A stretch of DNA of 64,000 bases from Eledone cirrhosa (taxonomy: Eukaryota): NCBI GenBank assembly GCA_964016885.1, contig OZ024757.1:42842001-42906000 (forward strand), in the 5' to 3' direction. Below the pieces are notes generated by a model. The model searched no databases. It was given only the letters and a program-made list of their open reading frames with translations, and was not told the origin of the DNA. The stretch's first letter is position 1. Every line of letters starts with the position of its first letter. The position numbers and the translations under genes were made by a program. Positions 54,132-64,000 of this stretch are shown here, piece after piece.

Positions 54132-55858
54132 GTGCCCATGCGCCAAGACCGCCAGACCTTACTGCGCACGCGCCGAGACGGCGTGATCGTAGTGCGCATG
54201 CGCCAAAGCCGCCTAACCGTAGTGCGCATGCGCCAAGGCCGCCGATACATAGTGCACATGCGCCAAGGCCGTCGGACTATACTGCGCATGCGCCAAGGGC
54301 GCCGGACCGTTGTGCGCATGCGCCAAGGCCGCTGGACCGTACTGCGCATGCGCAAAGGCCACCGGAACGTAGTGCGCATGCGCCAAGGCCGCCGGACCGT
54401 AGTGCGCATGCGCCAAGACTGACAGACCATAGTGCGCATGCGCCAAAGCCGCCGGACCTTACTGCGCATGCGCCAAGGCCACTGGAGCGTACTGCGCATG
54501 CGCCAAGGCCACCGGAACGTAGTGCGCATGCGCCAAGGCCGCCGGACCGTAGTGCGCATGCGCCAAGGCTGCCAGACCGTAGTGCGCATGCGCCAAAGCC
54601 GCCGGAACGTAGTGCGCATGCGGGAAGGTCGCCGGACCGTAGTGCGCATGCGCCAAGGCCGCCGAACCGCATGCGCACAAAGGTCCGGCGGCCTTGGCGC
54701 ATGCGCAGTACGGTTCGGCGGCCTTGGCGCATGCGCACTACGGTCTGGCGGCCTTGGCACATGCGCACTACGGTCCGACGGCCTTGGGGCATGCGCAGTA
54801 AGATCCGGCGGTCTTGGAGCATGCGCACTACGGTCTGGCGGCCTTGGCGCATGCGCACTACGGTCTGGCAGCCTTGGCGCATGCGCACTACGGTCCGGCG
54901 CCCTTGGCGCATGCGCACTACTTTCCGGTGGCCTTGGCGCATGCGCAGTACGCTCCAGTGGCCTTGGCGCATGCGCAGTAAGGTCCGGCGGCTTTGGCGC
55001 ATGCGCACTATGGTCTGTCAGTCTTGGCGCATGCGCACTACGGTCCAGCGGCCTTGGCGCATGCGCACAACGGTACGGCGGCCTTGGCGCATGCGCACTA
55101 CGGCCCGGTGGCCTTGACGCATGCGCAGTACTGTCCAGTGGCCTTGGGGCATGCGCACTACAGTCCAGTGGCCTTGGCGCATGCGCAGTAAGGTCCGGCG
55201 GCCATGGCGCATGCGCACTAAGGGCCAGCGGTCTTTGCGCATGCGCACAACGGTACGGCGGCCTTGGCGCATGCGCACTACGTTCTGGTGGCCTTGACGC
55301 ATGCGCAGTACTGTCCAGTGGCCTTGGCGCATGCGCAGTAAGGTCCGGCGGCCTTAGCGCATGCGCAGTACGTTCCGGCGGCCTTGGCGCATGCTCACTA
55401 AGATGGCCATCGTTCTTTGCGCATGCGCACAACGGTCCGGCGGCCTTGGTGCATGCGCACTACGGTCCGGCAGCCTTGGCGCATGCGCACTACGGTCCGG
55501 TGGCTTTGGTACATGCGCACTACGGTCTAGCAGCATTGGGGCATGCGCACTACAGCCCGGCGGCCTTGGCGCATGCGCAGTACGGCCCGGCGACCTTGGC
55601 GCATGCGCACTACGGTCTGGCGGCCTTGGCGCACGCGCACTACGGTCCGGCGGTCTTGGCGCATGCGCACTACGGTCCGGCGACCTTGCCGCATGCGCAC
55701 TACGTTCCGGTGGCCTTGGCACATGCGCAGTACGGTTCGGTGGCTTTGGCGCATGCGCACTACGGTCTGGCAGACTTGGCGCATGCGCACTACGGTCCGA
55801 TGGCCTTGGCGCATGCGCACTACGTCCTGGTGGACTTGGCGCATGCGCAGTACAGTCC

Positions 55859-55912
55859 ATATTTAGCCATTTTGAGTTATTTTAGTAATTTATGATGCAG
55901 TTTAACCATTTT
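55859..55912 (-). repeat. 54-bp minimal AT spacer, inverted
   Basis: Reverse complement of 32201-32254; flanks ~55.2-56.0 kb mirror ~32.1-32.9 kb (coordinate sum 88113). Confidence 0.93.
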
Positions 55913-58900
55913 CAAGGCCGCCGGACCGTACTGCGCATGCGCCAAGGCCACCTGACTGTACTGCGCATGCGTCAAGGTCGCAGTACCGAACTGCGCATGC
56001 GCTAAGGCCGCCGGACCGTACTGCGCATGCGTCAAGGCCGCCTGACTGTACTGCGCATGCGTCAAGGTCGCAGTACCGAACTACGCATGCGTTAAGGCCG
56101 CCGGACCGTACTGCGCATGTGCCAAGGCCGCCGGACCGTAGTGCGCATGCGCCAAAGCCGCCGAACCGTACTGCGCATGCGCCAAGGCCGCCGGACCGTA
56201 GTGCGCATGCGCCAAGACCGACTGACTGTACTGCGCATGCGTCAAGGTCCCAGTACCGAACTGCGCATGCGCTAAGGCCGCTGGACCTTACTGCGCATGC
56301 GCCAAGGCCACTGGACAGTACTGCGCATGCGTCAAGGCCACCAGAACGTAGTGCGCATGCGCCAAGGCCGCCGTACCGTTGTGCGCATGCGCAAAGACCG
56401 CTGGCCCTTAGTGCGCATGCGCCATGGCCGCCGGACCTTACTGCGCATGCGCCAAGGCCACTGGACTGTAGTGCGCATGCCCCAAGGCCACTGGACAGTA
56501 CTGCGCATGCGTCAAGGCCACCGGAACGTAGTGCGCATGCGCCAAGGCCGCCGTACCGATGTGCGCATGCGCCAAGGCCGCTGGACCGTACTGCGCATGC
56601 GCAAAGGCCACCGGAACGTAGTGCGCATGCGCCAAGGCCGCCGGAACGTAGTGCGCATGCGCCAAGGCCGCCGGACCGTAGTGCGCATGCGCCAAGACTG
56701 ACAGACCATAGTGCGCATGCGCCAAAGCCGCCGGACCTTACTGCGCATGCGCCAAGGCCACTGGAGCGTACTGCGCATGCGCCAAGGCCACCGGAACGTA
56801 GTGCGCATGCGCCAAGGCCGCCGGACCGTAGTGCGCATGCGCCAAGGCTGCCAGACCGTAGTGCGCATGCTCCAAGGCCGCCGGATCTTACTGCGCATGC
56901 CCCAAGGCCGTCGGATGGTAGTGCGCATGTGCCAAGGCCGCCAGACCGTAGTGCGCATGCGCCAAGGCCGCCGAACCGTACTGCGCATGCGCCAAGGCCG
57001 CCGGATCTTTGTGCGCATGCGGTTCGGTGGCCTTGGCGCATGCGCACTACTGTCCGGCGACCTTCCCGCATGCGCACTACGTTCCGGCGGCCTTGGCGCA
57101 TGCGCACTACGTTCCACTGGACCGTACTGTGCATGCGCCAAGGCCACCAGAACGTAGTGCGCACGCGCCAAGGCCATCGCACCGTAGTGCGCATGCGCCA
57201 AGTCTGCCAGACCGTAGTGCGCATGCGCCAATGCTGCCAGACCGTAGTGCGCATGCACCAAAGCCGCCGGACCGTAGTGCGCAGGCGCCAAGGCCGCCGG
57301 GCCGTAGTGTGCATGCGCCAAGGCCGCCGGGCCGTTGTGCGCATGCGCAAAGACCGCTGACCCTTAGTGCGCATACGCCATGGCCGCCGGACCTTACTGC
57401 GCATGCGCTAAGGCCGCCGGACCTCACTGCGCATGCGCCAAGGCCACTGGACTGTACTGCGCATGCGCCAAGGCCACCAGGACGTAGTGCGCATGCGCCA
57501 AGACCGCCGGACCGTAGTGCGCATGCGCCAAGTCTGCCAGACCGTAGTGCGCATGCGCCAAAGCCACCGGACCGTAGTGCGCATGCGGCAAGGCCGCCGG
57601 AACGTAGTGCGCATCCACGAAGGCAGCCGGACCGTAGTGCGCATGCGCCAAGACTGACAGACCATAGTGCGCATGCGCCAAAGCCGCCGGACCTTACTGC
57701 GCATGCGCCAAGGCCACTGGAGCGTACTGCGCATGCGCCAAGGCCACCGGAGCGTAGTGCGCACGCGCCAAGGCCGCCGGACCGCAGTGCGCATGCGCCA
57801 GAGCCGCCGAACCGTAGTGCGCATGCGTCAAGGTCGCCGGACCATACTGCGCATGCGCCAAGCCCGCCGGACCGTAGTGCGCATGCGCTAAGGCCGCTGA
57901 ACCGTACTGCGCATGCGCCAAAGCAGCTGGACCGTAGTGCGCATGCGCCAAGGCCACCGGACCGTACTGCACATGCGCCAAGGACGCCGGACCGTAGTGC
58001 GCATGCGCCAAAGCCACCGGACCGTAGTGCGCATGCGACAAGGCCGCAGTACCGTAGTGCGCATGCGCCAAGGCCACATGACCGTAGTGCGCATGCGCCA
58101 AGGCTGCCGGACCGTAGTGCGCATGCGCCAAGGCCGCCGGACCGTAGTGCGCATGCGCCAAAGCCGCCGAACCGTAGTGCGCATGCGCCAAGGCCGCCGA
58201 TACATAGTGCACATGCGCCAAGGCCGTCGGACCATACTGCGCATGCGCCAAGGCCGCCGGACCGTAGTGCGCATGCGCCAAGGCCGCCTGACTGTACTGC
58301 GCATGCGTCAAGGTCCCAGTACCGAACTGCGCATGCGCTAAGGCCGCCGGACCGTACTGCGCATGCGCCAAGGCCGCCGGACCGCAGTGCGCATGCGCCA
58401 GAGCTGCCGAACCGTAGTGCGCCTGCGTCAAGGTCGCCGGACCATACTGCGCATGTGCCAAGCCCGCCGGACTGTAGTGCGCATGCGCTAAGGCCGCCGA
58501 ACCGTACTGCGCATGCGCCAAAGCAGCTGCACCGTAGTGCGCATGCGCCAAGGCCACCGGACGGTACTGCGCATGCACCAAGACCGCCGGATCGTACTGC
58601 GCATGCCCCAAGGCCGTCGGACCGTAGTGCGCACGTGCCAAAGCCGCCAGACCGTAGTGCGCATGCTCCAAGGCCGCCGGATCTTACTGCGCATGCCCCA
58701 AGGCCGTCGGACAGTAGTGCTCATGCGCCAAGGCCGCCGAACCGTACTGCGCATGCGCCAAGGCCGCCGGATCTTTGTGCGCATGCGGTTCGGTGGCCTT
58801 GGCGCATGCGCACTACTGTCCGGCGACCTTCCCGCATGCGCACTACGTTCCGGCGGCCTTGGCGCATGCGCACTACGTTCCGGCAGCCTTGGCGCATGCG

Positions 58901-61900
58901 CACTACGGTCATGTGGCCTTGGCGCATGCGCAGTACTGTCCAGTGGCCTTGGCGCATGCGCAGTAAGGTCCGGCAGCCTTAGCGCATGCGCACTACGGTC
59001 CAGTGGCCTTATCGCATGCGCAGTAAGGTCCGGCGGCCATGGCGCATGCGCACTAAGGGCCAGCGGTCTTTGCGCATGCGCACAACGGTCCGGCGGCCTT
59101 GGCGCCTGCGCACTACGGTCCGGCGGCTTTGGTGCATGCGCACTACGTTCCGGTGGCCTTGGCGCATGCGCAGTACTGTCCAGTGGCCTTGGCGCATGCG
59201 CAGTAAGGTCCGGCAGCCTTAGCGCATGCGCACTACGGTCCAGTGGCCTTATCGCATGCGCAGTAAGGTCCGGCGGCCATGGCGCATGCGCACTAAGGGC
59301 CAGCGGTCTTTGCGCATGCGCACAACGGTCCGGCGGCCTTGGCGCCTGCGCACTACGGTCCGGCGGCTTTGGTGCATGCGCACTACGTTCCGGTGGCCTT
59401 GGCGCATGCGCAGTACTGTCCAGTGGCCTTGGCGCATGCGCAGTAAGGTCCGGCAGCCTTAGCGCATGCGCAGTACGTTCCGGCGGCCATGGCGCATGCG
59501 CACTAAGGGCCAGCGGTCTTTGCGCATGCGCACAATGGTACGGCGTCCTTGGCGCATGCGCACTACGTTCCGGTGGCCTTGACGCATGCGCAGTACTGTC
59601 CAGTGGCCTTGGCGCATGCGCAGTAAGGTCCGGCGGCCTTAGCGCATGCGCAGTACGTTCCGGCGGCCTTGGCGCATGCGCACTAAGGGCCATCGTTCTT
59701 TGCGCACCGTACTGCGCATGCGCCAAGGCCGCCGGAACGTAGTGCGCATGCGCCAAGGTCGCCTGACTGTACTGCGCATGCATCAAAGTCCCAGTACCGT
59801 ACTGCGCATGCACCAAGACCGCCGGACCGTAGTGCGCATGCGCCAGAGCCGCCGAACCGTAGTGCGCATGCGCCAAGGCCGCCGGACCATACTGCGCATG
59901 CGCCAAGGCCGCCGGGCCGTAGTGAGCATGCGCCAAAGACGCGGGCCCGTAGTGCGCATGCGCCAAGGCCACCTGACTGTACTGCGCATGCGTCAAGGTC
60001 GCAGTACTGAACTGCGCATGCGCTAAGGCCGCCGGATCGTAATGCGCATGCGCCAAGGCCGCCTGACTGTACTGCGCATGCGTCAAGGTCGCAGTACCGA
60101 ACTGCGCATGCGTTAAGGCCGCCGGACCGTACTGCGCATGCGCCAAGGCCGCCGGACCGTAGTGCGCATGTGCCAAGGCCGCCTGACTGTACTGCGCATG
60201 CGTCAAGGTCCCAGTACCGAACTGCGCATGCGCTAAGGCCGCCGGACCGTACTGCGCATGCGCCAAGGCCGCCGGACCGCAGTGCGCATGCGCCAGAGTC
60301 GCCGAACCGTAGTGCGCCTGCGTCAAGGTCGCCGGACCATACTGCGCATGCGCCAAGCCCGCCGGACCGTAGTGCGCATGGGCCAAAGCCGCCTGACCGT
60401 ACTGCGCATGCGCCAAGTCCGCAGTACCGTACTGCGCATGCGACAAGGCCGCAGTACCGTAGTGCGCATGCGCCAAGGCCATATGACCGTAGTGCGCATG
60501 CGCCAAGGCCGCCGGACCGTAGTGCGCATGCGCCAAGTCCGCCGGATCGTAGTGCGCATGCGCCAAAGCCGCCGAACCGTAGTGCGCATGCGCCAAGGCC
60601 GCCGATACATAGTGCACATGCGCCAAGGCCGTCGGACCATACTGCGCATGCGCCAAGGCCGCCGGACCGTAGTGCGCATGTGCCAAGGCCGCCTGACTGT
60701 ACTGCGCATGCGTCAAGGTCGCAGTACCGAACTGCGCATGCGCTAAGGCCGCCGGACCGTAGTGCGCATGCGCCAAGGCCGCCTGACTGTACTGCGCATG
60801 CATCAAGGTCCCAGTACCGTACTGCGCATGCACCAAGACCGCCGGACCGTAGTGCGCATGCGCCAGAGCCGCCGAACCGTAGTTCGCATGCGCCAAGGCC
60901 GCCGGAACGTACTGCGCATGCGCTAAGGCCGCCGGACCTTACTGCGCATGCGCCAAGGCCACTGGACAGTACTGCGCATGCGTCAAGGCCACCAGAACGT
61001 AGTGCGCATGCGCCAAGGCCGCCGTACCGTTGTGCGCATGCGCAAAGACCGCTGGCCCTTAGTGCGCATGCGCCATGGCCGCCGGACCTTACTGCGCATG
61101 CGCCAAGGCCACTGGACTGTAGTGCGCATGCCCCAAGGCCACTGGACAGTACTGCGCATGCGTCAAGGCCACCGGAACGTAGTGCGCATGCGCCAAGGCC
61201 GCCGTACCGTTGTGCGCATGCGCCAAGGCCGCTGGACCGTACTGCGCATGCGCAAAGGCCACCGGAACGTAGTGCGCATGCGCCAAGGCCGCCGGAACGT
61301 AGTGCGCATGCGCCAAGGCCGCCGGACCGTAGTGCGCATGCGCCAAGACTGACAGACCATAGTGCGCATGCGTCAAAGCCGCCGGACCTTACTGCGCATG
61401 CGCCAAGGCCACTGGAGCGTACTGCGCATGCGCCAAGGCCACCGGAACGTAGTGCGCATGCGCCAAGGCCGCCGGACCGTAGTGCGCATGCGCCAAGGCT
61501 GCCAGACCGTAGTGCGCATGCGCCAAAGCCGCCGGACCGTACTGCGCATGTGCCAAGGCCACCGGAACGTAGTGCGCATGCGGGAAGGTCGCCGGTCCGT
61601 AGTGCGCATGCGCCAAGGCCGCCGAACCGCATGCGCACAAAGGTCCGGCGGCCTTGGCGCATGCGCAGTACGGTTCGGCGGCCTTGGCGCATGCGCACTA
61701 CGGTCTGGCGGCCTTGGCACATGCGCACTACGGTCCGACGGCCTTGGGGCATGCGCAGTAAGATCCGGCGGTCTTGGAGCATGCGCACTACGGTCTGGCG
61801 GCCTTGGCGCATGCGCACTACGGTCTGGCAGCCTTGGCGCATGCGCACTACGGTCCGGCGGCCTTGGCGCATGCGCACTACTTTCCGGTGGCCTTGGCGC

Positions 61901-64000
61901 ATGCGCAGTACGCTCCAGTGGCCTTGGCGCATGCGCAGTAAGGTCCGGCGGCTTTGGCGCATGCGCACTATGGTCTGTGAGTCTTGGCGCATGCGCACTA
62001 CGGTCCGGCGGCCTTGGCGCATGCGCACTACGTTCCGGCGGCCTTGGCGCATGCGCACTACGTTCCGGTGGCCTTTGCGCATGCGCAGTACGGTCCAGCG
62101 GCCTTGGCGCATGCGCACAACGGTACGGCGGCCTTGGCGCATGCGCACTACGGCCCGGTGGCCTTGACGCATGCGCAATACTGTCCAGTGGCCTTGGGGC
62201 ATGCGCACTACAGTCCAGTGGCCTTGGCGCATGCGTAATAAGGTCCGGCGGCCATGGCGCATGCGCACTAAGGGCCAGCGGTCTTTGCGCATGCGCACAA
62301 CGGTACGGCGGCCTTGGCGCATGCGCACTACGTTCTGGTGGCCTTGACGCATGCGCAGTACTGTCCAGTGGCCTTGGCGCATGCGCAGTAAGGTCCGGCG
62401 GCCTTAGCGCATGCGCAGTACGTTCCGGCGGCCTTGGCGCATGCTCACTAAGATGGCCATCGTTCTTTGCGCATGCGCACAACGGTCCGGCGGCCTTGGT
62501 GCATGCGCACTACGGTCCGGCAGCCTTGGCGCATGCGCACTACGGTCCGCTGGCTTTGGTGCATGCGCACTACGGTCTAGCAGCATTGGGGCATGCGCAC
62601 TACAACCCGGCGGCCTTGGCGCATGCGCAGTACGGCCCGGCGACCTTGGCGCATGCGCACTACGGTCTGGCGGCCTTGGCGCACGCGCACTACGGTCCGG
62701 CGGTCTTGGCGCATGCGCACTACGGTCCGGCGACCTTGCCGCATGCGCACTACGTTCCGGTGGCCTTGGCACATGCGCAGATGGACCGTAGTGCGCATGC
62801 GCCAAGGCCACCGGACCGTACTGCACATGCGCCAAGGACGCCGGACCGTAGTGCGCATGCGCCAAAGCCACCGGACCGTAGTGCGCATGCGACAATGCCG
62901 CAGTACCGTAGTGCGCATGCGCCAAGGCCACATGACCGTAGTGCGCATGCGCCAAGGCTGCCGGACCGTAGTGCGCATGCGCCAAGGCCGCCGGATCGTA
63001 GTGCGCATGCGCCAAAGCCGCCGAACCGTAGTGCGCATGCGCCAAGGCCGCCGGACCGTAGTGCGCATGCGCCAAGGCCGCCTGACTGTACTGCGCATGC
63101 GTCAAGGTCCCAGTACCGAACTGCGCATGCGCTAAGGCCGCCGGACCGTACTGCGTATGCGCCAAGGCCGCCGGACCGCAGTGCGCATGCGCCAGAGCCG
63201 CCGAACCGTAGTGCGCCTGCGTCAAGGTCGCCGGACCATACTGCGCATGTGCCAAGCCCGCCGGACCGTAGTGCGCATGCGCTAAGGCCGCCGAACCGTA
63301 CTGCGCATGCGCCAAAGCAGCTGCACCGTAGTGCGCATGCGCCAAGGCCACCGGACGGTACTGCGCATGCACCAAGACCGCCGGATCGTACTGCGCATGC
63401 CCCAAGGCCGTCGGACCGTAGTGCGCATGTGCCAAGGCCGCCAGACCGTAGTGCGCATGCTCCAAGGCCGCCGGATCTTACTGCGCATGCCCCAAGGCCG
63501 TCGGATGGTAGTGCGCATGTGCCAAGGCCGCCAGACCGTAGTGCGCATGCCCCAAGGCCGCCGAACCGTACTGCGCATGCGCCAAGGCCGCCGGATCTTT
63601 GTGCGCATGCGGTTCGGTGGCCTTGGCGCATGCGCACTACTGTCCGGCGACCTTCCCGCATGCGCACTACGTTCCGGCGGCCTTGGCGCATGCGCACTAC
63701 GTTCCGGTGGCCTTGGCGCATGCGCAGTACTGTCCAGTGGCCTTGGCGCATGCGCAGTAAGGTCCGGCAGCCTTAGCGCATGCGCACTACGGTACAGTGG
63801 CCTTATCGCATGCGCAGTAAGGTCCGGCGGCCATGGCGCATGCGCACTAAGGGCCAGCGGTCTTTGCGCATGCGCACAACGGTCCGGCGGCCTTCGCGCC
63901 TGCGCACTACGGTCCGGCGGCTTTGGTGCATGCGCACTACGTTCCGGTGGCCTTGGCGCATGCGCAGTACTGTCCAGTGGCCTTGGCGCATGCGCAGTAA

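Larger units (their letters stand above)
1..64000. repeat. 30-bp GC-rich satellite array with alternating-orientation blocks (~2,000 monomers)
   Basis: Monomer GTGCGCATGCGCCAAGGCCGCCGGACCGTA (F) or its reverse complement (R) recurs every 30 bp; most indels between paralogous segments are multiples of 30. Approximate F blocks: 1-218, 1176-6068, 7605-8725, 9675-14591, 17504-19097, 20711-21328, 22459-24349, 25505-26332, 29076-31031, 32255-33070, 35215-35308, 35975-38245, 39165-41085, 42241-43068, 45902-47827, 49311-49855, 51343-53085, 54132-54667, 55913-57021, 57114-58787, 59707-61627, 62783-63611. R blocks fill the intervals apart from the AT spacers. Confidence 0.99.
1..64000. promoter_or_regulatory. 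Array of NRF1-type palindromic motifs (TGCGCATGCGC), one per monomer; sequence match only
   Basis: Monomer core TGCGCATGCGCC matches 11 of 12 positions of the NRF1 consensus TGCGCATGCGCA and is intact in most monomers. Binding is not demonstrated. Confidence 0.5.

Noticed and set aside
170-63991. Hundreds of ORFs up to 1082 aa (repeats AHAPRPPDRS, MRQGRRTVVR, AHAHYGPAAL, GGLGACALRS, MRTTVRRPWR)
   Set aside because: The 30-bp consensus lacks stops in five of six frames, so overlapping ORFs appear on both strands; they cross inversion junctions, change repeat type at indels and have no unique domains.
1-64000. CRISPR-like constant palindrome plus variable spacer
   Set aside because: The ~20-bp intervals are point variants of one sequence, not unique spacers; no cas genes or leader; orientation flips.
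1-64000. Fold-back chimeric reads or amplification artefact as the cause of the inversions
   Set aside because: Junctions recur with identical sequence and two stable alleles, and the arms next to a junction carry different variant strings rather than mirror copies. Copy number of the largest duplications still needs read support.
1-64000. Assignment to a named satellite, species or centromere
   Set aside because: I do not recognise the monomer with confidence; a Dfam/Repbase/nt search and CENP-A data would be required.

Overview
The window is non-coding, eukaryote-type satellite DNA. About 95% is a GC-rich (~73%), CpG-dense 30-bp tandem repeat, consensus GTGCGCATGCGCCAAGGCCGCCGGACCGTA, roughly 2,000 monomers. 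Each monomer is built around the palindrome GCGCATGCGC, the core of the NRF1/EWG/P3A2 binding site. The array is not head-to-tail: it switches strand 43 times, giving 44 blocks of ~0.1-4.9 kb. The switches are strongly asymmetric. Of 22 convergent (forward-to-reverse) switches, 20 are copies of one junction (GAACC-GCATGCGCACAAA-GGTCC/GATCC, either orientation) and one more has the same register. The 21 divergent switches are heterogeneous: 11 carry AT-rich spacers (54-601 bp, built from a degenerate ~41-bp A-tract repeat) and 10 are direct joins of four types. Overlaid are a 1,767-bp tandem duplication, direct segmental copies at ~16.7-16.9 kb and 20,542 bp offsets, and kb-scale inverted duplications. 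All listed ORFs are 10-aa-period translations of the satellite and are judged spurious. No genes, RNA genes, transposase or CRISPR are supported, and the organism cannot be determined. Coordinates and counts were read by eye and may be off by a few bp.
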